This document shows positions 20,903 to 30,677 of a stretch of DNA of 64,000 nt, one piece after another. The stretch is from an uncultured Clostridia bacterium (GTDB taxonomy: Bacteria > Bacillota > Clostridia > TANB77 > CAG-508), in assembly GCA_928721565.1 (NCBI GenBank), contig OV788638.1:1484850-1548849 (forward strand). The letters are read 5' to 3'. Under the pieces are notes generated by a model. That model was given only the letters and a program-made list of their open reading frames with translations, was not told the DNA's origin and made no database searches. The position numbers were made by a program, and so were the translations under genes. Position 1 is the stretch's first letter. Each line of letters opens with the position of its first letter.

Positions 20903-21268
20903 ATGTTTACGCGTAGATACCAAAAATGCCGTTGCATGAATAATAATGCATGTTGTAATACTGCTAATAACATGATTGAAGACAAATGTAATGATGTTTG
21001 CCCTTGTAATTATGAAATGAATGTTGCAGACGAATGTGAATGCGGATTTGACGAAGAATATGAAATGAGTGTTTTTCCAGGAAATCCAATGTTAGCTCAA
21101 AGTTATGTTCCTTGGCAATACATGGATAAAACTTTTAAACCTTGTGTAGGCTTAAAAATGGGAACAATCTTTCCAGAATTGGTAAGTCCTTATATGCCTT
21201 GCCAATCTATGAGAGTTAATGAATTCTTAGAAGCAACAAATACTATTGGAGAGGGGTGTAATAAATAA
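20903..21268 (+). CDS. cotJA: spore coat-associated protein CotJA-like
   Basis: RBS AAAGGAGGATTAAT. Cys-rich small protein with a PMLAQSYVPWQ motif, upstream of cotJB and cotJC. Confidence 0.6.
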   Translation: MFTRRYQKCRCMNNNACCNTANNMIEDKCNDVCPCNYEMNVADECECGFDEEYEMSVFPGNPMLAQSYVPWQYMDKTFKPCVGLKMGTIFPELVSPYMPCQSMRVNEFLEATNTIGEGCNK

Positions 21269-21594
21269 TGATAAATGATACAAATAGAAATTGCAATTGT
21301 ATGTGCAATATGAATTCTATGAACATGTCTTCTAATGCTGACTGCAGACCAACTAGAGAAGAAATGTTGCAAAATATCAAATGTTTAAATTTTGCTATAA
21401 TTGAATTAGGTCTTTATTTAGACACTCATCCTGATGATGAAAGAGCTCTTTGCTTACACAGAAAATATTGCAAAGAGTATCGAGAATTAACTGACAAATA
21501 TCAAAAAGTTTATGGGCCTTTAACAATCCAGTTCCCTTGCAATAAATGGAGATGGCTTGAAGAACCATGGCCTTGGGAAGGAGGAATTGTTTAA
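21268..21594 (+). CDS. cotJB: spore coat protein CotJB
   Basis: LNFAIIELGLYLDTHPDDERAL...YGPLT is the CotJB signature. Its start overlaps the cotJA stop. Confidence 0.75.
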   Translation: MINDTNRNCNCMCNMNSMNMSSNADCRPTREEMLQNIKCLNFAIIELGLYLDTHPDDERALCLHRKYCKEYRELTDKYQKVYGPLTIQFPCNKWRWLEEPWPWEGGIV

Positions 21595-22217
21595 TGTGGA
21601 CTTATAATAAAGTTTTAGAATATCCAATTAATATTAAATGCACAGACCCTCGTCTTGCAAAAGTTGTTATTAGTCAATACGGCGGACCTGATGGAGAGCT
21701 TGCCGCTTCTCTTAGATATTTATCTCAAAGATTTGGAATGCCTGATCAAAAAGCTAAAGCTATCTTAAATGATATAGGTACAGAAGAATTAGCCCATCTA
21801 GAAATGGTTGGTACTATTGTCCACCAATTAACTAAAAACGCCTCAATAGAAGAAATTGAAGCAGCTGGTTTAAGTGCATATTATACAGATCATGGGGTAG
21901 ATATATATCCACAATCAGCAGCAGGAGTACCTTTCTCTGCTAATTGCTTAGCATGCAAAGGTGATGCAATAGCTAATTTACAAGAGGATTTAGCAGCAGA
22001 ACAAAAAGCACGTGCAACCTATGAAAAATTAATAGATTTATGTAGAGATAATCCAGATGTCGTAGATCCTCTTCGCTTCTTACGTGAAAGAGAAGTTGTT
22101 CACTTCCAAAGATTTGGTGAAGCTTTAAGAGGTGTTCAGGATAAACTTGCTGAAAAGAAATTTTATATGAATGATGGAAGTTGTTTAGATATGCAACAAA
22201 GTAATTGTGATTGCTAA
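21594..22217 (+). CDS. cotJC: spore coat protein CotJC (manganese catalase family)
   Basis: MWTYNKVLEYPINIK...LRYLSQRFGMPD...EELAHLEMV shows the Mn-catalase/CotJC ferritin-like fold. Its start overlaps the cotJB stop. Confidence 0.8.
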   Translation: MWTYNKVLEYPINIKCTDPRLAKVVISQYGGPDGELAASLRYLSQRFGMPDQKAKAILNDIGTEELAHLEMVGTIVHQLTKNASIEEIEAAGLSAYYTDHGVDIYPQSAAGVPFSANCLACKGDAIANLQEDLAAEQKARATYEKLIDLCRDNPDVVDPLRFLREREVVHFQRFGEALRGVQDKLAEKKFYMNDGSCLDMQQSNCDC

Positions 22218-22230
22218 TACAATCTTTAAA

Positions 22231-22268
22231 GGTAGTAGATATATTAATCATCTACTACCTTTTTTATT
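22231..22268. terminator. bidirectional intrinsic terminator after cotJC
   Basis: Stem GGTAGTAGAT/ATCTACTACC followed by TTTTTTATT. Confidence 0.65.
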
Positions 22269-22302
22269 CCTTAATAATAATATATATGAACAAAATATTA
22301 AT

Positions 22303-22881
22303 TTATCTTTGTTCTTCCTCTTTTACAAATTCATCTAAAACTTTTGCAGAACCATGTTTTTGCTTTCCTGTTAATATTCCCTCTTTATCTCTATGCAAAT
22401 TCATAAATGCTAAAAGATTATAGTCTTCCTTTTCTAATTGACCTTGTAATGTTTTTAATGCCTTTTTCTGTTTATCAGAAATTTCCTTAGGCATATAAAA
22501 TATACCTGACTTATAATCTGGTGTTGAGCTATTTTCTGCAAATACAATATGTCCTAATTTTTGAATTTCATAAAACACACTATTTACATCATTTTTTTCT
22601 TTTAAAACTTGTTGTAATTCTTCTTCATCTTTCATATGAGATTGTAAAAATTCTTTTATATAAAAATAATGTGCTGTATCATCATCATCTTTAAAGATTC
22701 TTTCTACTTTTCCATCCTTGTTTTTCCCATCAACTGATTTATTTCCATATAAAATTAAAATTTTTACTTTTTCAATCAAATTATTTTCTACTTCACTCAT
22801 TTTCTCCACCTCACTTATGTCTTTATTATACCATAGTCTACCAAAAATTTCAAATTTGTTAATTATTTGTACAATATACAT
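22303..22881 (-). CDS. hypothetical protein
   Basis: 192-aa ORF; the likely start is the internal MSEVENN. Confidence 0.35.
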   Translation of the reverse strand: MYIVQIINKFEIFGRLWYNKDISEVEKMSEVENNLIEKVKILILYGNKSVDGKNKDGKVERIFKDDDDTAHYFYIKEFLQSHMKDEEELQQVLKEKNDVNSVFYEIQKLGHIVFAENSSTPDYKSGIFYMPKEISDKQKKALKTLQGQLEKEDYNLLAFMNLHRDKEGILTGKQKHGSAKVLDEFVKEEEQR

Positions 22882-22914
22882 AAAAGATGTCCTAGCTTAT
22901 CAAGCTAAGACACC

Positions 22915-24945
22915 TTATTTTTCTTTAACAATTTCACAAATCAAATTAGCTGCATTTTCTACACCAATCGCATCACTATTAATACAAATATCATAATTAG
23001 AAGGATCCTTCCATTCTTTTTCTGTATAATATTTATAATGGTTTGCTCTTAATTTATTTATTCTATTTATTTCTTTTTCAGCTTTGACTTTATCTAAATT
23101 ATAGAATTCAGTTGCTCTTTTAATTTTATCTTGCATACTACTAGCAACAAAAACACTAATAACATTTTCTTTATCTTTTAATATAAAGTCCGCACATCTT
23201 CCTACAATTACGCAAGATTCTTTTTCTGCAACTTCTTTAATTAATTCAGATTCTTTTATAAACAATTCATCTGAATTATTCAAACCTGCATAATATCCAT
23301 TGTTAAGTATTGATAATGCATCTCTTTTTTGTTCATTACTTTCAATATATTCTTCTGCTAGGCCTGTCTCCTCTGCTAATTTTACAACAAATTCTTTATC
23401 ATATAATTTTATTCCTAATTTGTCTGCAATCAATCTTCCTATATATCTTCCACCTGAACCATATTCTCTAGAAATTGTAATTACTATTTGTTTATCAGTT
23501 GTACTGCTTTGTCTTATCTCTTCTTTTACAACTTCATTTACATTTGCATTCATTTTTAATCCTTTAACTTCTTTTATTAAGAATATTGCTGCTAAAATAA
23601 ATGCTATTCCATCTGCTACTGGTCCTGCACTTAATACACCCATAATTCCAAATATATGGCTTAATATTATCATTGATGGAATCAATATAACAATTTGTCT
23701 TGAAAGTGATAATATTGCACTTTTTGTACTTTTTCCAATTGCTTGGAAGAATATTCCTGATGGAATTTGTACACCATTTACTATTGTTAACATTAAATAT
23801 GTTCTAAATGCTAAACATGCAAATTCCATATAATTCTCATCACCACTACCAAATATTAATATTAATTTGTCTGGTATTGTTTGGAATAATATAAATGCAA
23901 CTGTGCTTATTACTACACTTGACCCTAATACGATTTTTAATGCTTGTTTTACTCTATCATATTTTCTTGCACCATAATTGTATCCAAATATTGGTTGGCT
24001 TCCTGCTGCTATACCAATTATTATACTATTTAATATTTGGCTTATTTTCATTACTATTCCTAATACTGTTATTGGAATTTCCGCACCAAACTTACTTTCT
24101 GCTCCATATTTGCCTAATAAATTGTTTTCAGCTGTCATAACACATACAATACTCATTTGTGTAATAAAACTGCTTATTCCTAATGCTGAAACCTTTTTAC
24201 ATACATTTGCTTTTAATTTGAAACTTTCTTTTGATAATTTTATTGATTTAAATCTCTTTATATACATAACATTTAATATAAATGTTAATATTTGACTTAT
24301 AACTGTTGCTAATGCTGCACCTTCTACGCCTTTATGAAATACAAATATGAATATTGGGTCTAATATTGTATTTAATATAGCTCCACTTACCATACTTACC
24401 ATTGAGTATTTAGGGCTTCCATCTGCTCTAATAATAGAATTTAATGTTGTTCCTATCATTGAGAATGGGAATCCTATTGCAATGATTTTTCCATATGCCA
24501 TTGCATATTCTTTTAAATTATCTGTACATCCAAATATTTTCAAAAACAATGGTAAAAATATAAATGTTATTATTGCAAATATTATTGATACTATTGCAGA
24601 TAATAATATTCCATTTGCAATTCCTTCTTCTGCTTCTTTCTTTTTCTTTTCTCCTAATTTTAAGCTTAGATATGCTGATGCTCCATCTCCAAACATTAAT
24701 GAAAATGCTAAGCATATCATTACTAATGGGAATACTACATTTGTAGCTCCATTTCCTAAATATCCTACTCCTTGACCTATAAATATCTGGTCTACTATAT
24801 TATATAGCGAGTTTACCAACATAGATATTATACAAGGAATTGAGAATTTTCTGATTAGTTTTCCTATTTTTTCTTTTCCTAATATGTTTTCTTCTTGTTC
24901 CATTCTTTTCTCCCTTCTTTTATCTTTTTTATTATTTTTTGGCAT
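22915..24945 (-). CDS. MATE-family efflux transporter fused to a C-terminal cytidylate-kinase-like (Cytidylate_kin2) domain
   Basis: N-terminal ~460 aa with 12 TM helices and the MATE signature NIVDQIFIGQGVGYLGNGATNVVFP. C-terminal ~190 aa ITISREYGSGGRYIGRLIADKLG... as a P-loop cytidylate-kinase-like domain. One continuous ORF. Confidence 0.65.
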   Translation of the reverse strand: MPKNNKKDKRREKRMEQEENILGKEKIGKLIRKFSIPCIISMLVNSLYNIVDQIFIGQGVGYLGNGATNVVFPLVMICLAFSLMFGDGASAYLSLKLGEKKKKEAEEGIANGILLSAIVSIIFAIITFIFLPLFLKIFGCTDNLKEYAMAYGKIIAIGFPFSMIGTTLNSIIRADGSPKYSMVSMVSGAILNTILDPIFIFVFHKGVEGAALATVISQILTFILNVMYIKRFKSIKLSKESFKLKANVCKKVSALGISSFITQMSIVCVMTAENNLLGKYGAESKFGAEIPITVLGIVMKISQILNSIIIGIAAGSQPIFGYNYGARKYDRVKQALKIVLGSSVVISTVAFILFQTIPDKLILIFGSGDENYMEFACLAFRTYLMLTIVNGVQIPSGIFFQAIGKSTKSAILSLSRQIVILIPSMIILSHIFGIMGVLSAGPVADGIAFILAAIFLIKEVKGLKMNANVNEVVKEEIRQSSTTDKQIVITISREYGSGGRYIGRLIADKLGIKLYDKEFVVKLAEETGLAEEYIESNEQKRDALSILNNGYYAGLNNSDELFIKESELIKEVAEKESCVIVGRCADFILKDKENVISVFVASSMQDKIKRATEFYNLDKVKAEKEINRINKLRANHYKYYTEKEWKDPSNYDICINSDAIGVENAANLICEIVKEK

Positions 24946-25038
24946 TTTGTCAACTTGTCTATTATATAATTTTTTTGAAGATTTGTCAAAGGGTTGTTCG
25001 TAATTTTTTAAAAATTATATTTATCTGAACTTTTTTAG

Positions 25039-25668
25039 TTAATCGATCTGTTCTAAATCAATCAATTCATTCTTTCTAAAAATCAACTTTAATAAACATG
25101 GTGATTTTATATTTAATATTATATTTTTGTTATAGACAAGTTTAACATTTTCATTTACAGTACACCAATTTAATAAAAAGAACTTTATTGATCCTCCATG
25201 ACTAATTACAGCAATTCTTTTTCCTTCATATTCTTTGAGTATTTTATCAAAAAATTTATTCATCCTTTTTCGAGTTTGTTCTGCACTTTCTCCATCAGAT
25301 GTTCTAAATGTTCTATCTAATAGTTGCTCTTGTGAAGGATCTCTTGTGTTTTTGTCTTTCATAAACTCTCCTAGTTCTTGTAAATTTCCTAGTTTTCTCT
25401 CACTTAAGTTATCATCTAAATTAATTGGTAAGTTATTTACATTTGCAATATATTTTGCTGTTGCTTTTGCTCTAGTATAACTGCTTGACCATATAATATC
25501 TAAATTTTTCAGTTCTTTATTTCCGCTTAACTTTTTTGCTTGCTCTTCTCCTTCTACTGATAATATTTCTTTTTCATTAATTATTTGCGAATCTTCACTT
25601 GTATTTCTAATGCCATTCTCACCAATAGTTTCAGCATGTCTAATCAAATATATTATTGTATATTTCAT
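25039..25668 (-). CDS. histidine phosphatase family protein (phosphoglycerate mutase-like)
   Basis: IYLIRHAETIGENG contains the RHG-type catalytic motif; the C-terminal region has ISHGG. Confidence 0.65.
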   Translation of the reverse strand: MKYTIIYLIRHAETIGENGIRNTSEDSQIINEKEILSVEGEEQAKKLSGNKELKNLDIIWSSSYTRAKATAKYIANVNNLPINLDDNLSERKLGNLQELGEFMKDKNTRDPSQEQLLDRTFRTSDGESAEQTRKRMNKFFDKILKEYEGKRIAVISHGGSIKFFLLNWCTVNENVKLVYNKNIILNIKSPCLLKLIFRKNELIDLEQID

Positions 25669-25960
25669 TTTATTAAAACCTCCTAGTTTTACATATAAAT
25701 TATAATTAAATATTCCTTCTTTCCATTATTATTTATATAAAAAAAACTGGCATCTTTTACAATGTCAGTCGACCTTGCTCTTATTGTTTTTCTACAAATA
25801 TTATTTAGATTTCTTTCTGTTATATACAATAAATGCCTAGGTGGCAGCGTACTTAACATACGCTTAGCTTTTAGCTACCTTACCTAGGTCTTACTCTATA
25901 AATATTTTAACATACAATAAAATGTATGTCAAATATTTTATTAATATTTTATGTCAAAAT

Positions 25961-26350
25961 TCATTTTTTATTACTATTATTTCTTGGGAATAAACTTACT
26001 CTAAAATTTTTAAGTTTTAATTCTTCTATCAATTTCTTAACAATGCTAATATCTTTATAATAATTATAAAAAGTATTTACTGTTAAATCAGCAAGTTGAA
26101 TAGCATAATTAGTTTTAGAATCATAATATGTTATTTTAAAATCATCATCATATATACAAAATTCAGTCTTTAAATATGTTTCTAAATTATTCAATTCTCC
26201 AACTCTTATATTTCTATTATCAATACTTATAATAAATTCAATTGGTTCATTTATTTCTTGTAAATTTAATACTGGTAAAATACAATCTTGAATCAAAACT
26301 TTTACTGCATAATTAAAAAATATGTTCGAATCCACTATTTCTTTTCTCAT
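25961..26350 (-). CDS. hypothetical protein
   Basis: 129-aa ORF. Confidence 0.3.
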   Translation of the reverse strand: MRKEIVDSNIFFNYAVKVLIQDCILPVLNLQEINEPIEFIISIDNRNIRVGELNNLETYLKTEFCIYDDDFKITYYDSKTNYAIQLADLTVNTFYNYYKDISIVKKLIEELKLKNFRVSLFPRNNSNKK

Positions 26351-26560
26351 ATATTTTTTATCAAATACTTTTACACAACCATGAAATGTTTCAATATCTT
26401 GTATTTTATTAAAAATTTGTATTTTTTCTTCTTCAAAGCAAAATATCCTCCTACTGCAAAATATCGTGTTTTACTATTTTTATGAATTGATCCGACTTTC
26501 ATCTAAAAATACATATATTTTCATTTTCTCCCTCCTTTTTGCAATTATTATTTATATTGA

Positions 26561-26593
26561 AAAAAAAGACTGACACATTTACAATGTCAGTCA
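26561..26593 (-). terminator. intrinsic terminator of secA
   Basis: Stem GACTGACA/TGTCAGTC with a T8 run on the minus strand directly after the secA stop. A near-identical hairpin copy occurs at 25741-25770. Confidence 0.6.
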
Positions 26594-26605
26594 ATATTGC
26601 TATTA

Positions 26606-29371
26606 TTATTGATTCTTTCCACAGCAATTCTTATACTTCTTGCCGCTACCACAAGGGCATGGGTCATTACGACCAACTTTAGGGCCTTCATTAACAACAG
26701 TTCTGTTAACTTCAGACTTAATTTGTTCTCCATTGTCTAAGCTATTGATAGCTTGTAGAGCTGCACCAGTAATCTTAGCTGCCTCTTCTCTCTTAACATC
26801 TTCTTGTTTACGTAAATTCATAAGAATTTTTACAACATCATGTTTAATATCAAGAACCATTTCTTCGAACATGTCCATACCTTCAATTCTGTATTTAACA
26901 ACAGGATCTTGTTGTCCATAAGCACGAAGGCCAATACCGTCTTTCAATTCATCCATAGCATCTATGTGGTCCATCCATTTTTGGTCAACAACTTTAAGCA
27001 TAACAACTCTTTCAAGTTCTCTTAAATCATCATTTCCAATTTCTTGTTCTTTTTCGTCATACTTAGCTAAGGCAAGTTCTTGAAGTTTTTCAATTATAGC
27101 ATTTGAATCTTTTGAATTTTCTTTAATAAAATCAACCATTTCAATTCCAAATGTATTTCTAATATCTGTATCAAGTGCTTCTACACTAACTTCATCTTCG
27201 CTAGAGAAATATGTTAATACAACTTCTTCTGCAAGTGATTTTATCATTGTTAATATATTGTCTTTTAAGTTTTCTCCATCTAGAACTTCTCTTCTTTGTT
27301 TGTAGATTATTTCTCTTTGTGCATTCATTACATCATCATATTTTAATACATTCTTTCTAGTACTAAAGTTTCTACCTTCAACTTTTCTTTGAGCTGATTC
27401 AACTGCATTACTAATCATTTTGTTTTCAATTGGAACATTCTCGTCCATTCCTATTTTGTTGTAAACTTTTGTAATCATGTCTCCACCAAAGATTTTCATT
27501 AAGTCATCATCAAGTCCTATATAGAATTTAGATTCTCCTGGGTCTCCTTGACGTCCACTACGTCCACGTAACTGATTGTCAATTCTTCTTGACTCATGTC
27601 TTTCTGTACCAATTATTTTTAACCCACCTGCTGCTATAACTTTTTCTTTTTCTTCTTTGATTTCTTCATCATATTTCTTTTCTAATTTTTTGAATTCTTC
27701 TCTTGCTCTTAAGATGTCTTGTTCGTCTGTTTCATAATATGTGTTTGATTCTTCTATCAAGTTTTCTGGTACTTTGTTTTTCTTCATTTCTTGTTTTGCC
27801 AAAAATTCACTATTTCCACCTAACATAATATCAGTACCACGTCCTGCCATGTTTGTAGCAATTGTTACTGCTCCAAATTTTCCGGCTTGTGCTATGATTT
27901 CAGCTTCTTTTTCATGGAATTTAGCATTTAATACTTCATGTTTAATTCCTTCTTTTTTAAGAATTCTACTTAATTTCTCAGATTTTTCTATTGAGACTGT
28001 ACCAACTAGGACTGGTTGTCCTTTTTCATGACTTTCTTTTATGCTTTGTACTATTGCATTAAATTTAGCATTTTCGTTTTTGTATATTACATCATTTTGG
28101 TCATCTCTTATCATTGGCTTATTTGTTGGAATTGCAACAACGTCTAAATTGTAGATTTCCTCGAATTCTGCCTCTTCTGTCATTGCTGTACCTGTCATAC
28201 CTGATAATTTGTCATACATTCTGAAGTAATTTTGGAATGTAATTGTTGCTAATGTTTTTGATTCATCTGCAATTTTTACTCCTTCTTTTGCTTCTATTGC
28301 TTGATGTAATCCATTATTGTATCTTCTTCCATACATGATACGTCCTGTGAATTCATCAACTATTAGTACTTCTCCATCTTTTACGATATAGTCTATATCT
28401 TTTTTCATTACTCCATGTGCACGTAATGCTTGATTTACGTGGTGTACTAATGTTGAATTTTCTATATCATTGAAGTTTTCTAGTCTGAATGTTTCTTCTG
28501 CTTTTTTGATACCTTTTTGTGTTAATGATGCTGATTTTGCTTTTAAGTCTACAATGTAATCATATTTTTCATTATCTTCTGCTTGAGCTTCATCTTTAAC
28601 ATCTTCTTCTACTATTACTTTTGGTGTTAATCTTTTTACAAAGTCATTTGCTTTTTTGTATAAGTCTGAAGATTGATTTGCTCTACCAGATATAATAAGT
28701 GGTGTTCTTGCTTCATCAATTAAAATACTATCAATCTCGTCTACAATCGCATAGCTTAATCCTCTTTGTACTAATTGATTTTTGTATATTACCATGTTGT
28801 CTCTTAGGTAGTCAAATCCAAATTCATTGTTTGTTCCATATGTTATATCACATGCATATGCTTCTTGTTTTTCTTTTGGCTCCATTCCAGCTATTACAAG
28901 TCCTACTGTTAAACCTAAGAATTTATATAATTTTCCCATCCATTCACTATCTCTTTTGGCTAGATAGTCATTTACTGTTATTACATGTACACCTTTTCCT
29001 GTTAGTGCATTTAAGTATACTGGAAGTGTTGCTACAAGTGTTTTTCCTTCACCTGTTTTCATTTCTGCAATTCTTCCTTGGTGTAGTATAATTCCACCTA
29101 TTAATTGCACATCAAAGTGTCTCATTCCTAATACTCTTTTTGCTGCTTCTCTTACTACTGCAAATGCTTCTGGTAATATATCATCTAATGTTTTTCCTTC
29201 TTCTAATTGTTTTTTGAATTCGTTTGTTTTATTTTTTAGTTGTTCGTCTGTTAGTTTTGATATTTCTTCTTCTAGTCCATTTATTTGTTCTACTATTGGC
29301 ATTACTCTTTTTACTTCTTTTTCACTATAGCTTTTAAATATCTTTCTGAATATTCCCATGTTTTTTCTCAT
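26606..29371 (-). CDS. secA: preprotein translocase ATPase SecA
   Basis: DEAD-like motor motifs and a C-terminal zinc-binding tail [14 protein letters not shown]. 921 aa. Confidence 0.92.
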   Translation of the reverse strand: MRKNMGIFRKIFKSYSEKEVKRVMPIVEQINGLEEEISKLTDEQLKNKTNEFKKQLEEGKTLDDILPEAFAVVREAAKRVLGMRHFDVQLIGGIILHQGRIAEMKTGEGKTLVATLPVYLNALTGKGVHVITVNDYLAKRDSEWMGKLYKFLGLTVGLVIAGMEPKEKQEAYACDITYGTNNEFGFDYLRDNMVIYKNQLVQRGLSYAIVDEIDSILIDEARTPLIISGRANQSSDLYKKANDFVKRLTPKVIVEEDVKDEAQAEDNEKYDYIVDLKAKSASLTQKGIKKAEETFRLENFNDIENSTLVHHVNQALRAHGVMKKDIDYIVKDGEVLIVDEFTGRIMYGRRYNNGLHQAIEAKEGVKIADESKTLATITFQNYFRMYDKLSGMTGTAMTEEAEFEEIYNLDVVAIPTNKPMIRDDQNDVIYKNENAKFNAIVQSIKESHEKGQPVLVGTVSIEKSEKLSRILKKEGIKHEVLNAKFHEKEAEIIAQAGKFGAVTIATNMAGRGTDIMLGGNSEFLAKQEMKKNKVPENLIEESNTYYETDEQDILRAREEFKKLEKKYDEEIKEEKEKVIAAGGLKIIGTERHESRRIDNQLRGRSGRQGDPGESKFYIGLDDDLMKIFGGDMITKVYNKIGMDENVPIENKMISNAVESAQRKVEGRNFSTRKNVLKYDDVMNAQREIIYKQRREVLDGENLKDNILTMIKSLAEEVVLTYFSSEDEVSVEALDTDIRNTFGIEMVDFIKENSKDSNAIIEKLQELALAKYDEKEQEIGNDDLRELERVVMLKVVDQKWMDHIDAMDELKDGIGLRAYGQQDPVVKYRIEGMDMFEEMVLDIKHDVVKILMNLRKQEDVKREEAAKITGAALQAINSLDNGEQIKSEVNRTVVNEGPKVGRNDPCPCGSGKKYKNCCGKNQ

Positions 29372-29479
29372 TTCCCTTCTTATATATTTATCGACTTGTT
29401 ATAATATATCATGATTATATGGACTTTTCAAGTATTTTTGATGATTTTTTTTTCAAACCCATTATCTTGTAATGCAAGC

Positions 29480-29511
29480 TCAAAAAGAAGCTCCCACTTG
29501 AGAGCTTCTTC
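29480..29511 (-). terminator. intrinsic terminator after the ClpX-like ATPase gene (bidirectional)
   Basis: Stem AAGAAGCTC/GAGCTTCTT with T-runs on both strands. Confidence 0.5.
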
Positions 29512-29525
29512 TTTTGATTTTATGG

Positions 29526-30617
29526 TTACTTTAAAATATATTTTGTGTTATCTTCTTCAATTCCTTCTTGTAAAATTACTTCTTTATAGGTACCTTTTGG
29601 CTTTGACATAACTTGATACATAATTTGGTCAAATATATAATTTGTTACATTAGCAAGCTCACGAGCCCCAGTTTCTTTGCCTTCTCTTTTTGCTTTTTGG
29701 GCAAATGCACTTATATTCTTTTGGGTGTATTTTGTTGTAATCCCATCATTTTTCAGACAGTTTACATACATTTTGAATCTAGACTTTTTTGAACTTGTTA
29801 GAATATTTTCAAGTACTTCTTCTGATAATTCATTTAATTGAACTATCTTATCAATTCTTCCAATAAATTCTTCTTTAAGTCCAAATTTAATCAAGTCACT
29901 CTTTTTAATCTTTTTATCTAACTGCATCTGCTTTTCTGATATTTTTTCTGCTGAAAATCCCATCTTCATTTCTTTTCTTAATCTTGCTTTTACTATTTCA
30001 TCAATTCCAGAAAATGCTCCAGCAAAATAAAACATAATTTTATCTGTTTTCATTTCAACAGAATCAATGATTCCATTTGCTCTGATTAGCTGAAGTGGTA
30101 TCGTCTTTCCTTCAATTAGCTTAAGTAGTGCATCTTGCACTCCCTTTCCAGAAATATCGTGTTGGATAGGATCTTTAGAAGCTGCTTTTTTATCGATTTC
30201 ATCAATAATTATTATTCCATTTTCTGCTCTTTCTACATCATATTCCGCAGCCTCGAGCAGTTGAATAATAATATCTGACACACTTGATCCCATATAACCT
30301 TCTGTTGTGTAATCATTTGCATCTATAGTTATACAAACTTTCCCTGTTTTTTTAGCAAGCTGTCTTAAAATCTCAGTTTTACCAGTTCCACTTTTTCCAA
30401 CAATCAACACATTCGATTTTATTTTATAATTGATTGATTTGTATTCAGCATTTACAATCTGCCGTACTTGTTCATCTTGACCTTTTACAGTATCTAAAAT
30501 AAACTTTTCAGTTTCTGTAATTGTTGGAATTCTAACAACTCTAACGACCTGTTTTCCTTGAGGCAAATTTTCTTTTGGAACAGTTCTTAACTTTTTCTTT
30601 AATAATGCCTTTTTCAT
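29526..30617 (-). CDS. ClpX-like AAA+ unfoldase paralog lacking the N-terminal zinc-binding domain
   Basis: Its core aligns block-by-block with the ClpX encoded in this same window (48042..49343): Walker A GKSGTGKTE vs GPTGCGKTL; pore loop GYMG vs GYVG; IIIDEIDK vs IYIDEIDK; GKGVQDALLKLIEG vs [14 protein letters not shown]. It keeps a GF loop (KMGFSAEK vs SMGFGADI). There is no C4 zinc-finger N-terminus. Confidence 0.7.
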   Translation of the reverse strand: MKKALLKKKLRTVPKENLPQGKQVVRVVRIPTITETEKFILDTVKGQDEQVRQIVNAEYKSINYKIKSNVLIVGKSGTGKTEILRQLAKKTGKVCITIDANDYTTEGYMGSSVSDIIIQLLEAAEYDVERAENGIIIIDEIDKKAASKDPIQHDISGKGVQDALLKLIEGKTIPLQLIRANGIIDSVEMKTDKIMFYFAGAFSGIDEIVKARLRKEMKMGFSAEKISEKQMQLDKKIKKSDLIKFGLKEEFIGRIDKIVQLNELSEEVLENILTSSKKSRFKMYVNCLKNDGITTKYTQKNISAFAQKAKREGKETGARELANVTNYIFDQIMYQVMSKPKGTYKEVILQEGIEEDNTKYILK

Positions 30618-30677
30618 GATAGATACCTCCTTTTTTTGTATCTAAGATATCTTAGATAGTACTTCATTAATGAAGTA

